A stretch of DNA of 64,000 bases from Octopus vulgaris (Eukaryota), in NCBI GenBank assembly GCA_951406725.2, contig OX597817.1, positions 166,470,001 through 166,534,000 on the forward strand, given 5' to 3'. Shown piece by piece: positions 24,658 through 39,003 of the stretch. Position 1 is the first letter of the stretch, and each line of letters starts with the position of its first letter. The notes under the pieces are model-generated. The model was given only the letters and a program-made list of their open reading frames with translations, made no database searches and had not been told where the DNA came from. The position numbers and the translations under genes are program-made.

Positions 24658-25033
24658 TCTCTCTCTATATAAACGGCAGTTTGTCTGTGCGTGTTTCTGT
24701 GTGTCTGTTTGCTTGTACCCTCACCCTGACCACGGCTTTCAACCGATTCTGATGAAACCTTGACACACACATAGCCCAATGTCATAATTCAAAACTAACG
24801 CAGCGAAAATTTTGAAAAGTTCCCCCAGTTCTGAAAAAAATCGATAAATTCGACATAGGGTCGACAATCAGAAACACGAACCACAAACTGTCTAGGGGAC
24901 GCAACTCAACCTTTTTTAACTAAAAAAAAAAAATTTACCATCATTTTTTTGCAGTTTTTTGGCTATAACTCTCTAAAAATGCTTTATAGTTATTTCCCTT
25001 ACAAACCTGAGCAACGCCGGGCGATACTGCTAG
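24658..25033 (+). mobile_element. Non-autonomous Helitron
   Basis: 5' A|TC, 3' hairpin CCTGAGCAACGCCGGG then CTAG|T; inverted copy at 35789-36171. Confidence 0.85.
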
Positions 25034-25245
25034 TTTTCTATATTATGAAAGTTGACAGTTACGTATAAGGATTGACACGCAGCTGTTTATTTACTACAAA
25101 ATATTCGCCAGTATATTGTATACAGTCACATTATGGCATGCACACACACAAACAAACATACGTGAGTCTGTGTGAATATAAGAATATTTCATCTACACCA
25201 GAAACTCTTGATGTAAATTTTATATATATTCCTTTCCCTTGCTAT

Positions 25246-25746
<501 letters not shown>

Positions 25747-26079
25747 TAACATAACATGAATATATCCATTAATTTGTGAGTGTGTGCGTGTAAGCATGAG
25801 TGTGCGTCACTGTGTTTGTGATTGCATCTCACTTCTTACCAACCGGTGTTGTTTTGTTTATGCCCTTGTACATTAGCAGCAGCTCGGCAATAATGAGCCC
25901 GATATAATGAGTACATGAGTTAAAGATAAGTACTGATGTCGCAGGTCATTTTTCTTCAGCTGAACGCCTTCAGGATGTTCCTCATCGGAACCGCAGTACA
26001 ATACGGAAAAGAAACGACTAGTGCATTTCTAATGCGTGTGCGTGCGCGCGAGTACATGTAAATGCATGTGAACGCAAAC

Positions 26080-26118
26080 ACACACACGCACACAGTCACA
26101 AACATACACATATGTATG

Positions 26119-26163
<45 letters not shown>

Positions 26164-27220
26164 GCATGTATATATATATATATACACACACATACATACA
26201 TACATACACACACATACACACGCACATACACACACATACATACATACATACGCACATACATACACACACATATACACACATACACACATACATACACACA
26301 CATATATATACATACATACATACACACATACACAGATACACGCATGCACACATACATACATACACATACACACATACGTACACTACATACATACATACAT
26401 ATACATATACATACATATGTACACACATGCACATACACACATACACGCATGCAAAAATACATACATACACACATACGTACATACATACATACATACACAC
26501 ACACTTACACACATACACACACACATACATACATACGTACGTACATACATACGTACGTACATACATACACACACATACATACACACACATACATACATAC
26601 ATACATACATACATGCACACATACACACACACATACACACATACATACACACACACACACGCATACATACGCACATACACACACACATACACACATACAT
26701 ACACACACGCATACATATACATACATACATACACACACATACACACATACACACATACATATAAACATATAAACACACATATAAGCCTCTACATTGTACA
26801 CACACGCACACATATATACATACATTCACTCGCACGCACCTACACACACACGCACACACACACATTTACATATATATATACTATACACTCACACACACAT
26901 ACACACGTACAAACACACACAAACTCACATACACACCGACAGATATACATACACAATATACACCTATCCGCGCACGCACACATACACACAAACACATACA
27001 AACGCACACATACACGCACACACATACACGTACATACATACACTCTCACACAAATGAACCCACACATACATCCCTACACACACACACGCACGTACAAGCA
27101 CACACGCACACACGCACTAGGTTAAGCAGTTATTCGCCACACACCCACACTCTACGCATACACACACGAACACACACATGCACACACACACACACACACA
27201 CTACAAACAACACACACACA
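26080..27220. repeat. Degenerate (CA)n/(TACA)n low-complexity tract
   Basis: Direct reading. Confidence 0.95.
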
Positions 27221-27371
27221 TGATACATATAGCCCTTTGTTTTTTGACCTGGCTTGATACAAACAGCTAGTAGTCATAAAGGAGTGCCTTATGACAGCTA
27301 ACTTGCCATTGCTTATTATTCACCAAAAATACACACACACACACACGCACGCACAAACACACTTGTCATCC

Positions 27372-27414
<43 letters not shown>

Positions 27415-27559
27415 TTCCTTTTTTGAAACTCTCTTGCTTTTAAAAACCATGTTTCGACTACCTCTCAACTTCTGTTCTTTCAACATGTGATCTCTTGAGC
27501 ACCACCAGCTCAAATATTTTTTCCTCTGTCTTCCCTTCTTGCGATCGTTCCTTCTCCTT

Positions 27560-27594
27560 GTTTCCGACGAAGAGCTCCGCTCGAAACGTTAAAC
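27560..27594 (+). ncRNA. Minimal HHR-like motif in a solo pLTR-like fragment (~27510-27706)
   Basis: GTTT-CCGACGA-A-GAGC(TCC)GCTC-GAAA-CG-TT-AAAC; module ends in (TA)n. Confidence 0.55.
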
Positions 27595-27701
27595 CCTCCT
27601 TCCCTTCTTTCCTGAGCGTCAAATAATACTTTAATTGTTCCACGTCCTGCGTTGCTGTGTTTGTTTTTCTCTTTTTTTTCTGTGTTTTCTTGTTTAGATT
27701 A

Positions 27702-27734
<33 letters not shown>

Positions 27735-27736
<2 letters not shown>

Positions 27737-27895
27737 TCCACGAGGCTTCGGCAGGGGTGGGGTGGGGGCGATCCCTGCAGTACTCTTTCGCCACAACTTT
27801 CTCTCACTCTTTCTTCTGTTGGCCTGCTCGCTGAAGGATAAAACAATGCGAAGCGCATTGTGACCAGCGATGTGTAACAACATCTGATCGGTCAT
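27735..27895 (+). mobile_element. SINE C-related fragment with an alternative tail
   Basis: GCTCCACGAGGCTTCGGCAGG...CTCTTTCGCCACAACTTTCTCTCACTC matches family C, then diverges. Confidence 0.65.
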
Positions 27896-28034
27896 GTATG
27901 TATGTAGGTATATATGTATGTATGGATGTAAGTATGCATATATATTTGTAGTTAAAAAATTTGATAGATTATAGAAAGATGTAGATACATGAGTACATTT
28001 CTCTCATTATACAGACACGCATACATATATGTAT

Positions 28035-28086
<52 letters not shown>

Positions 28087-28184
28087 GTACACACACACAC
28101 ATATATAAATATATGAATGTATGTATCCTTGCTCTCATACATGTATATATGCAACTATATATATATTTATATACATGTGTGTAC

Positions 28185-28222
<38 letters not shown>

Positions 28223-28346
28223 GCGTTTATACCTTTTTTATAGCGCATCTTTCCTATCTAACTAGTTTTCTTGATAGCATCATGTATTTATTTGTCTACC
28301 TACGTGTCATCCTGTTTCTTTGCCTCCCTCCTCTCTCTGACTTTCC

Positions 28347-28432
<86 letters not shown>

Positions 28433-28913
28433 GTTCTATCTATACATTTATACAATTACTTACCTATTCATCCATGTATCATATTATCTATAGACTTATC
28501 TATTGATGCACATATCTATATATTTATCTCTCACTCATTAACATCTTATGTCCATCACGCTTTCATTTTACACACGCCCTATTTCTCTCTAGTCCCCCTC
28601 TTTTTCTCCCTCTCACACACATACATATAAGCATTGTTCCACACACATATATACAGGTTCGCGTGTGTGATTCAGTATGTTTTTATTGCACAATGTGTGT
28701 GTGTGTATGTGTGTGTGATCTTATATATTTGTGAGTTTCTGAATGTTACCAGATCTCCATTTGGTCTGAACAGCAATTATATTTTTTTCGTTATACCTCA
28801 TATATTTACACGGCTAAATACAAAAAAAGCTCACATGCGCATATGTATATATTCATATATATATATGTGTATGTGTGTGTGTATGTGTGTGTATGTGTGT
28901 GTGTGTGCGTGTA

Positions 28914-28974
<61 letters not shown>

Positions 28975-29072
28975 GTATATATATGTATATATTTGTATAT
29001 ATATATAGGTATATATATATGTATATACATATATTTGTAGCTATACATATATATATATATACATGCACACAC

Positions 29073-29103
<31 letters not shown>

Positions 29104-29119
29104 TTGTATCTGTATATAT

Positions 29120-29161
<42 letters not shown>

Positions 29162-29706
29162 ACAGACTACCCAGGCATACACACATCCATACGCACACAC
29201 ACATATATATATATATACATATGTATACACATATTTCTGCACTACCACAAGCACACACACACATACTCAAGCTCTAACCGGGACAACATTTATGGTGACG
29301 GCCCAGAAAGCTTATCTAACACGAAATCTGATGTTTCTACGCATGTTCGCACCTTACACTTGTTATTTGCTGTTTTGCCTTCGTGGTTTATTTCTTCCAC
29401 TCCGCCGTTACACTTCACACAAGCTTGGTAATCACCTAATTTTCTTTGCTTATAACGAGACCGACGAATGAAGCTGATTGATGCGGCTGTTGCTGTCCAT
29501 CTTTTGTCACGTGTAGTGGAGGGTATCGTTTGTTCGTCTTGTTGCTTAGTTTCACTATGAAAGTAACCCGGATATATACGTGAGATCTGAACTGATAGTG
29601 CTTGCAATCTGGCGCCATTTCTTCATAGCAATGCTGAAACGATGCCGACCATTTATTTTATTTTTTTTTTCTGTAGCGTAATATAATTGTGTCTGTATAT
29701 TAAAAG

Positions 29707-29749
<43 letters not shown>

Positions 29750-29835
29750 AACAAACAAACAACCAAACATACAGCCACACCCGAAGAGGCGTCATATATG
29801 CGTATGCATCTACCCATATACACATAAGTACAGAA

Positions 29836-29884
<49 letters not shown>

Positions 29885-29940
29885 TGTGTGCGAGTATGTG
29901 TGTATGTGTATGTGTGTGTGTGTGTGTGTGCATATGTATA

Positions 29941-29989
<49 letters not shown>

Positions 29990-29992
<3 letters not shown>

Positions 29993-30208
29993 GAGGCGCA
30001 ATGGCCTAGTGGTTAGGGCAGCGGACTCGCGGTCGCAGGATCGCGGTTTCGATTCTCAGACCGGGCGTTGTGTGTGTTTATTGAGCGAAAACACCTAAAA
30101 GCTCTACGAGGCTCCGGCAGGGGGTGGTGATCCCTGCTGTACTCTTTCACCACAATGGCGGTGCCCCCAGCATGGCCACAGCTCAAGAGCTGAAACTGGA
30201 AAAACAAA

Positions 30209-30212
<4 letters not shown>
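29990..30212 (+). mobile_element. Chimera: SINE C head fused to CR1/L2-like LINE 3' tail
   Basis: Family C sequence to ...CTTTCACCACA, then ATGGCGGTGCCCCCAGCATGGCCACAGCTCAAGAGCTGAAACT as in the 4815-4862 tail. Confidence 0.75.
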
Positions 30213-30244
<32 letters not shown>

Positions 30245-30837
30245 ATGTATGTATGCTAATATTTGTAAGTACATATATTCATACACACACATATATATAT
30301 ATATATATATACATACATAGATAAAGATATATATGCATACATACATATACACGCACTCACTCACACACATATACACATTTTACAAAAACACAAATTTTCA
30401 CACGTTTTTTATGAGAAATGAAAAAAATTCTCGATATATAATATGCTGTTAAATTTCCCGTTTACATATTGTCATTCAAAGCCAAAATAGTCTGTTTTAA
30501 TAAAATGCGCCGAGTCCTCTGTCCATCGGCAAACATGCACGATTATTTTCCAACAGACAATGCTTCTCGGAAAAAAAATATTGTTCATCTGAGAGGCAAC
30601 TTTTTTTTTGGGGGGGGGGGGGGGGGTTATGTCGAAATTATTGTAATAATCTTTTTTTTTAAATAGCTAAAAATTAACCAAAATATTAATTAATTGGAAA
30701 ACTTTGCTAAAATATTATTTTGAGTAGCTTGATTGCAAAGATTTCTGCATCTTTTGAGTTTTATGATGTACATAAGAACATATTTTCAAAAGTAGAAGAG
30801 TGACTCTAATTAACTTGTTTGGAAGAGCCGATATATT

Positions 30838-31038
30838 GTTTTCAAATTTTGGCACAAGGCCAACAATTTAAGAAGAGGAGGGGGTCTAGTTGATTATATC
30901 GTCCCCAGTTTATCGACCCCCAAAAGGATGAAAGCGAAATCGACCTCTGCGGAATTTGAACTCAGAACGAATAGACGGACTAACAATCTGTGAAGCATTT
31001 TGCCGGTTGCACATACGATTCTGCAAGTTCGTCGCCTT
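30838..31038 (-). mobile_element. Diverged SINE family B
   Basis: TTTATCGACCCCCAAAAGGATGAAAG..GGAATTTGAACTCAGAACG. Confidence 0.7.
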
Positions 31039-31430
31039 TTGTAGCCGATATATTTACAAGACTTTAGGTATTGAGCTTCATATGAGAGCGTTAGTCGGCT
31101 ACAGACTGCGTTAAATTTTCAATTTCAAGTCGGTTGATGTAGAAATATGTTTGAAGACTTGAAATTTAAATCGTTTATTCTTGTATTTAAGCATTACGAG
31201 TGTGTGTTTGTTCGTAATAACAAAAGTCAAATCTAAAGCACGAACTTTAATGTAGAATTCGATACTCATACAACTTCTTCATTTCGTAAAATTCTTTGAC
31301 ATTATTCTATTCAAATTCAAAATTCTTCTATTCAAGACAGCTTCAGTGCCAAACACTACACTGACTCGCACATGCGCGGTGTGTGGGAAACAAGCTTCTT
31401 ACCACATAGCCACTCATATACATACATATA

Positions 31431-31461
<31 letters not shown>

Positions 31462-31521
31462 GCGTGTATATATATGTGTATATATATATATGTATATATG
31501 TATATATATATATATGTATAT

Positions 31522-31595
<74 letters not shown>

Positions 31596-31650
31596 AGTGA
31601 ATTGAAGAAATGGAGTTGAACGAAGATTGAACAGAAATCGTTTTATTGCA

Positions 31651-31730
31651 TTCTACACGTGTTTCGAAAGGCACAATTTACCAAATTCCGATTGAATAAG
31701 GAGACCATATTGTGTCTTTCTCTTCAGGAA
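31651..31730 (-). ncRNA. Hammerhead ribozyme, left arm of palindrome
   Basis: Reverse complement of 31872-31951. Confidence 0.72.
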
Positions 31731-31871
31731 GAAATAGAAATCCGTTGGAAAAAACAAAAACAGAACAGAGGCGGAGCAAAACAAATCGAACGAGGCTCTT
31801 AGGAGCCTCGTTCGATTTGTTTTGCTCCGCCTCTGTTCTGTTTTTGTTTTTTCCAACGGATTTCCTATTTC

Positions 31872-31951
31872 TTCCTGAAGAGAAAGACACAATATGGTCT
31901 CCTTATTCAATCGGAATTTGGTAAATTGTGCCTTTCGAAACACGTGTAGAA
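31872..31951 (+). ncRNA. Hammerhead ribozyme, right arm of palindrome
   Basis: TTC-CTGAAGA-GAAAGACACAAT...ATTGTGCCTTTC-GAAA-CACGTG-TA-GAA, then AATAAA; intact core, 12-bp stem II with one mismatch, palindromic stem III. Confidence 0.72.
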
Positions 31952-32275
31952 TGCAATAAAACGATTTCTGTTCAATCTTCGTTCAACTCCATTTCTTCAA
32001 TTCACTAATAATATTAAAATTCAATTATCCGCACCAACGCACGGTTGCAACACCATAGGGTTGTACCTCCAACCGTGCTGTCTTCTGCTGTGATTTTTGC
32101 TACCAAGGTATCGGTTAAACTTTTGATTAATCTGCAACAAGATTATTCATCTTTCTATTTCACTATATATATATATATATATTCTACTGTCATAAGATAT
32201 CTCCCAGACAGCAAAACTCAAAAACTCACGCAGGTAAAGAGAAAAAAAATAACGAATCCACTCGACACTGATTAG

Positions 32276-32356
32276 CTGTATAAGCGTTTCGGAGTTAAAG
32301 AGATGAACAAAATGTAAAATCATATTTCTACTCACTCATTCCCTTCGTCAGTACAG
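32276..32356 (-). ncRNA. HHR-like motif in pLTR-like module
   Basis: Minus: CTGTA-CTGACGA-AGGG...CTCC-GAAA-CGCT-TA-TACAG; 5-bp stem I, stem III one change from ACGCGT. Confidence 0.5.
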
Positions 32357-32654
32357 TGTTTCAAATTTTTAATTTGAGAGCACTGATAATTCACATACAT
32401 ATTCAACCAAGTGCCATCAAATAGCATATATCCAAAGACCAGTACTTCCGAATTCAAAACAGACGAATGAGATCTCGTATTCCTCCTCAGTCACTCACGA
32501 GTGCCAACGAGTAAATTCCGCGCGGAAACTGCAGTTTACTATCAGGGAGTGAATTATATTACATTATTGATAATATATATATGTGGCCTTTGCTTCGTTG
32601 ATCAAGCTTGATTATACATAGAGCAAAGTTTGGAGAGGAACACAAGCAGTTCTT

Positions 32655-33040
32655 TCTTTATCTTTATCTTTTACTTGTTTCAGTCATATGACTGCGGCCA
32701 TGCTGGAGCACCGCCTTTAGTCGAGCAAATCGACCCCGGGACTTATTCTTTGTAAGCCCAGTACTTATTCTATCGGTCTCTTTTGCCGAACCGCTAAGTA
32801 ACGGGGACGTAAACACACCAGCATCGGTTGTCAAGCAATGCTAAGGGGACAAACACAGACACACAAATATATATATATATACATATATACGACAGGCTTC
32901 TTTCAGTTTCCGTCTACCAAATCCACTCACAAGACTTTGGTCAGCCCGAAGCTATAGCAGAAGACACTTGCCCAAGGTGCCACTCTGTGGGACTGAACCC
33001 GGAACCATGTGGTTGGTTAGCAAGCTACTTACCACACACC
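32655..33040 (-). mobile_element. SINE family A
   Basis: Near full-length reverse complement of 38552-39003. Confidence 0.88.
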
Positions 33041-34428
33041 CACTCCAGTTGCGTACGCATGTAACGTTTGGTCTCTCCGTACAACCGATGATTATACAGT
33101 TTGGCATTCAGTATAGTAAGCATAGCTGCCAGGACCTGATAAACCGAGTAAGAAAATGCAGGACATCATGCCCGATCTGACCCCGCTGACAGACCCCGGT
33201 AATGCAACGCTTTGCATTGATAATTTTTATGGACATCGAAATTTTGAAAGCAAAGTTGACCTTATCGCAATTTGAAAAATCCTGAGCGGAAAGCGTCTGC
33301 ACAAATACCATTTGAAGTACTATCCAATGTTTTGATGACTGCCAGTTCGACGTTCTGATAAGACGAATAAAGATAAATTAAATTCTAATCAAGACATACT
33401 CTTGATTTATTGAAATTATCTACCTTCGAGAGCAAATAAACAAACGCCTTGTGCAGATGAGAAGAGGAGATAACCTCAAGGATAAAGAATTATACGAAAT
33501 TGCCATACTACAAACGAAAAGAGACTGTAATTGTTTTGAGACAAGAGAAAAGCTCTCTATATGTGTACGTGTTCCTGCCTCAGTAGTTTTCATCAACATG
33601 CATGCATTGACTGTAGCAGGTTTACAGATATACAAAAAGAGTAGAAAATATGAAGGCCAAGAGTAATTCTAATAATTTTAGCGAAAACGAGAGCTAACGT
33701 AGAGGGGCCATAGATATATGGAAAATAGAAATGAATAAAAGTACATTAAATACCACACAAGAAGAATTACTGGCTTACACAAATTATCTTCCTTTCGAGA
33801 GAAAGGTAAACAAATACTTTAAACAAATACAATAAACTCCAAATGACAACGGGTAAGAACCTAGAATTTTCAAAAAGTGCATACAATTAAGGACAACATT
33901 TAGGAGGATGACCCAATCTTATTGAGGTTGAAACAGATAATGATAGCTGTCCTCTTGTCTCCAGAGCGTCAAAATCCCTTTTTCTTAATGGCAAGTCCGT
34001 TTCAGATAATCCTTGGTTGTTGAGATTATCTTCGTTTGTAATCTGAGATACACTACAATTGTAAAGTGATCTGCTTTCCAAGTGTTAAACTAGGGCTAAA
34101 CATGAACATGATCTAGTTACAAATGTCATTGGAACATGTACAAATGTCAGGTTCTGGAGTTCAATTTTGAAATTTGATTAACGTTCTTATCATCAAGACT
34201 TTTCAAATTACAGTATTTCAAAATGGAGTTTTGTGCAAGTGTATGCATACACGTATGTGTGTATGTATGCATGAATATTTGCACGTGTGAATGCATGTAT
34301 ATATGGATATGTGCATGACTATACGATCGTATGTATATGCACGTGGGGGCGAATGTACGTACGTGTGTAGGTAGAAAGATGCTACGTGTGTACGCATATA
34401 CGTATGTATGTATATATGTATATGTATG

Positions 34429-34531
<103 letters not shown>

Positions 34532-34553
34532 AAATATGTATATATATATATAC

Positions 34554-34593
<40 letters not shown>

Positions 34594-34615
34594 AAATATG
34601 TATATATATATATAC

Positions 34616-34674
<59 letters not shown>

Positions 34675-35334
34675 CTGTGTGCGCGGATGGATGGATGACT
34701 GCGTGTATATATTATCTATGCGCATATGTATGTATATGTGTGCGTATGTGTGTGCATGTATGTGTTTGTGTGTGTGCGTGCGTGCGTGCGTGTTTGTGTG
34801 TGCATGCATTTGCTCGTGTTAATTTTTGCAAATTCTGTGAAAGTTTCGTATTTAAATATTGGCAATTTTTGTAACAAAGAAATTAAGTTGTCGTAATGGA
34901 AATTTCGTCGCCAACAACTGTTCAGTGTTATGAAAACCTTGCATGTTTGCTATTCTGCTTTCTGATTGAATTTCCAGACAACTTGTTAGATTGTTGTTTA
35001 AACATTTAGTAACATAACCAAGTGTGCGAATAATTATTGATACAAAACTATATTTATAATCTGGGTAAACACTTTGTAAGCTTCGATGCAGTTTGCAATA
35101 TATCTTATTCTGGTTTTATTTTTCAAGTTTTGTCTCCAGTAGAGAAAGACTCGGACTCCAGTCCAGAAACGGGGTCTCGTCACTGGCATTAAGATAACAC
35201 AAACTAGATAGTTATGTCTGACTGTCTGTCTGTATTTATGTATGTATATTTATATGTATGCATGTTTGTAGCCGTATGATTATATGTTTATATATGCATA
35301 CATGTATGTACAAATGTACGGATATATATGTATG

Positions 35335-35410
<76 letters not shown>

Positions 35411-35429
35411 ATATAAATATATATATATT

Positions 35430-35682
35430 ATACAGTGTACATTTAAACATATGAGGAATCCACTTGTGGGATTCAACTCGCTAGAAAGAACAGCTAGGTT
35501 CCATAACCATAAAATTAAGGGTAAAATTCGACCGGAACGAAGTGAAAAAATAAAACCATTTTACCATCATTTCGTTCCAGTCGAATTTTATCCCTAATTT
35601 TGTGGCTATGGAACTTAGCTGTTCTTTCTAGCGTGTTGAATTCCACGAGTGGATTCTTCATGTGTTTAAATGTATACTGTAT
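35430..35682. repeat. Fold-back with ~115-bp imperfect arms and ~23-nt loop
   Basis: 35430-35544 pairs with 35568-35682 with 13 substitutions. Confidence 0.92.
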
Positions 35683-35788
35683 TTTATGACTAATACATAG
35701 ACTTTGGACTAAATTTTTACACGTTAGGCCATGGAAATGAAAATTTTAATTTCCCTTTGATATGATTAAGTATATATATATATATATA

Positions 35789-36171
35789 CTAGCAGTATCG
35801 CCCGGCGTTGCTCAGGTTTGTAAGGGAAATAACTATAAAGCATTTTTAGAGAGTTATAGCCAAAAAATAGCAAAAAAATGGGGAAAAAATGATGGTAAAT
35901 TTTTTTTGAGAGTTAAAAAAGGTGGAGTTGCGTCCCCTAGACGGTCTGTGGTTTGGGTTTCTGATTCTCGACCCCATGTCGAATTTATCGATTTTTTTCA
36001 GAACTGGGGGAACTTTTCAAAATTTTCGCTGCGTTAGTTTTGAATTATGACATTGGGCTATGTGTGTGTCAAGTTTCATCAGAATCGGTTGAAAGCCGTG
36101 GTCAGGGTGAGGGTACGAGAAAACAGACACACAGAAACACGCACAGACAAACTGCCGTTTATATAGAGAGA
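35789..36171 (-). mobile_element. Non-autonomous Helitron
   Basis: Reverse complement of 24658-25033, TC...CTAG termini. Confidence 0.85.
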
Positions 36172-36446
36172 TATAAATATGCGTATGTGTTTGTGCACCT
36201 GCTTTGATAAGTGTTTCCACGCATGGATTCCAATACGTGTGTATGGGTGTAGGTTTAGCGTATGTATACACATGATTATGCAAGTGTATATAATTATGTG
36301 TATATGTACATGCTTTTGGTATTGTTTCTAGAATCTTTTACGCTAATTTGCAAAGCTAATAATATTTCGTAATTGCGATTTTAAATTTAATAGTGTCTTT
36401 CCTAATTTTGTGAAAGCCTAATTTTCAAGAATAGCAGCTGGTTACC

Positions 36447-36692
36447 TGTATGTATGTATGTATGTATGTATTTATGTATGTATGTATGTATGTATGTATG
36501 TATGTATGTATGTATGTGCGTATGTATGTATGAATGTATGTATATATGAATGTATGTATGTATGCATGTATGTATGTATGTATGTATGTATGTATGTATG
36601 TATGTTTGTATGTATGTATGTATGTATGTATGTATGTATATATGTATGTATGTATGTATGTATATATGAATGTATGTATGTATGTATGTATG

Positions 36693-36726
<34 letters not shown>

Positions 36727-36754
36727 TGTATGTATGTATATGTATGTATGTATG

Positions 36755-36820
<66 letters not shown>

Positions 36821-36998
36821 TGTATGTATGTATGTATGTATGTATGTATGTATGTATGTATGTATGTATGTATGTATGTATGTATGTATGTATGTATGTA
36901 TGTATGTATATATGAATGTATATATGAATGTATGTATGTATGCATGTATGTATGTATGTATGTATGTATGTATGTATATATGTATGTATGTATGTATG

Positions 36999-37032
<34 letters not shown>

Positions 37033-37130
37033 TATATGAATGTATGTATGTATGTATGTATGTATGTATGTATGTATGTATGTATGTATGTATGTATGTT
37101 TGTATGTATGTATGTATGTATGTATGTATG

Positions 37131-37164
<34 letters not shown>

Positions 37165-37198
37165 TGTATATATGAATGTATGTATGTATGTATGTATG

Positions 37199-37232
<34 letters not shown>

Positions 37233-37262
37233 TGTATGTATGTATGTATGTATGTATGTATG

Positions 37263-37296
<34 letters not shown>

Positions 37297-37302
37297 TGTA
37301 TG

Positions 37303-37336
<34 letters not shown>

Positions 37337-38129
37337 TGTATGTATGTATATATGAATGTATGCATGTATGTATGCTTGTATGTATGTATGTATGTATGCA
37401 TGCATGCATGTATGTATGTATGTATTTATGTATATATGTATATATGCATGTATGTATGTGTGTATGTATGTATGTATGTATGTTTGTATGTATGTATGTA
37501 TGTGTGTATGTATGTATGTATATATGAATGTATGCATGTATGTATGCTTGTATGTATGTATGTATGTATGCATGCATGCATGTATGTATGTATGTATTTA
37601 TGTATATATGCATGTATGTATGTATGTATGTGTGTATGTATGTATGTATGTATGTTTGTATGTGTGTATGTGTGTGTATGTATGTAAGTATGTATGTATG
37701 TATGTATGAATGTATGCATGTATGTATGAATGCTTGTATGCATACATGCATGTATGTATGTATGTATGTATGCATGTATGTATGTATGTATGTATGTATG
37801 TATGTATGCATGTATCTATGCATGTATGCATGTATGTATGCATGCATGCATGCATGTATGTATGTATGTATGCATATATCTATGTATGCATGCATGCATG
37901 TATGTATGTATGTATGTATGAATGTATGCATGTATGTATGCATGTATGCATGTATGTATGCATGCATGCATGTATGTATGTATGTATGTATGTATGTATG
38001 AATGTATGCATGTATGTATGCATGCATGCATGTATGTATGTATGTATGCATGTATGTATGCATGTATGTATGTATGTATGCATGCATGTATGTATGCATG
38101 TATGTATAAATGTATGAATGCATGTATGT
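36447..38129. repeat. ~1.7-kb (TATG)n satellite with variant units
   Basis: Direct reading. Confidence 0.97.
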
Positions 38130-38442
38130 CAGGTAAGCCTATACAACGTGTGGTATGGGCATGTCGTAAGTGACTTAACCCCTGAACGTACCAAGCTCAC
38201 AAGAAGTGGTTTCCGTTGGACACCATGCAGGATAGAAAACAACGTGTCATGCATATATATATGTGTGTATGTGTTGGTTTATTTACGTTCACGTAAATTA
38301 GCAGTTGGGCATTTACTACGGATAGAATAAGTACACACTTAAAAAAAAGGCCAATATCTTCGACTAAAATCCTTCGAGGGCTGACCCAGCATGGCCGCAG
38401 TTCAATAACTGAGATAATTAAAAGATGAAAGATATATATACA

Positions 38443-38482
<40 letters not shown>

Positions 38483-38551
38483 TGTATATACATGCATACG
38501 AACATGTATGTGTGTGAGTCGATGTGTGTGCGTGATTCTATGTTTGTACGT

Positions 38552-38722
38552 GTGCAGGAGTGGCTGCGTGGTAAGTAGCTTGCTTACCAACAACATGGTT
38601 CCGGGTTCAGTCCCACTGCGTGGCACCTTGGGCAAGTGTCTTCTTCTATAGCCTCGTGCCGACCAAAGCCTTGTGAGTGGATTTGGTAGATGGAAACTGA
38701 AAAGAATCCCATTGTATATATG

Positions 38723-38785
<63 letters not shown>

Positions 38786-39003
38786 ATATGTTTGTGTGTT
38801 TGTGTTTGTCCCCCTAACATCGCTTGACAACCGATGCTGGTGTGTTTACGTCCCCGAAACTTTGCGGTTCGGCAAAAGGGACTGATAGAATAAGTACTAG
38901 GCTTACAAAGAATAAGTCCTAGAGTCGATTTGCTCGACTAAAGGTGGTGCTCCAGCATGGCCACAGTCAAATGACTGAAACAAGTAAAAGAGTAAAGAGT
39001 AAG
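38552..39003 (+). mobile_element. SINE family A, full length
   Basis: GTGGCTGCGTGGTAAG (A box), GGGTTCAGTCCC (B box), CCTTGGGCAAG, internal (TA)n, LINE-like tail GGTGCTCCAGCATGGCCACAG..ACTGAAAC. Confidence 0.9.

Larger units (their letters stand above)
31588..32014. repeat. Near-perfect 427-bp palindrome (~211-bp arms, 4-nt loop, one indel)
   Basis: Arms are reverse-complementary about TTAG at 31799-31802. Confidence 0.97.

Noticed and set aside
24745-24762. CTGATGAAAC inside a Helitron
   Set aside because: No stem II between the core boxes; chance match
36402-38173. 573-aa and overlapping YIHT/MYVC ORFs, and similar ORFs throughout
   Set aside because: Translations of (TATG)n, (TA)n and (CA)n microsatellites
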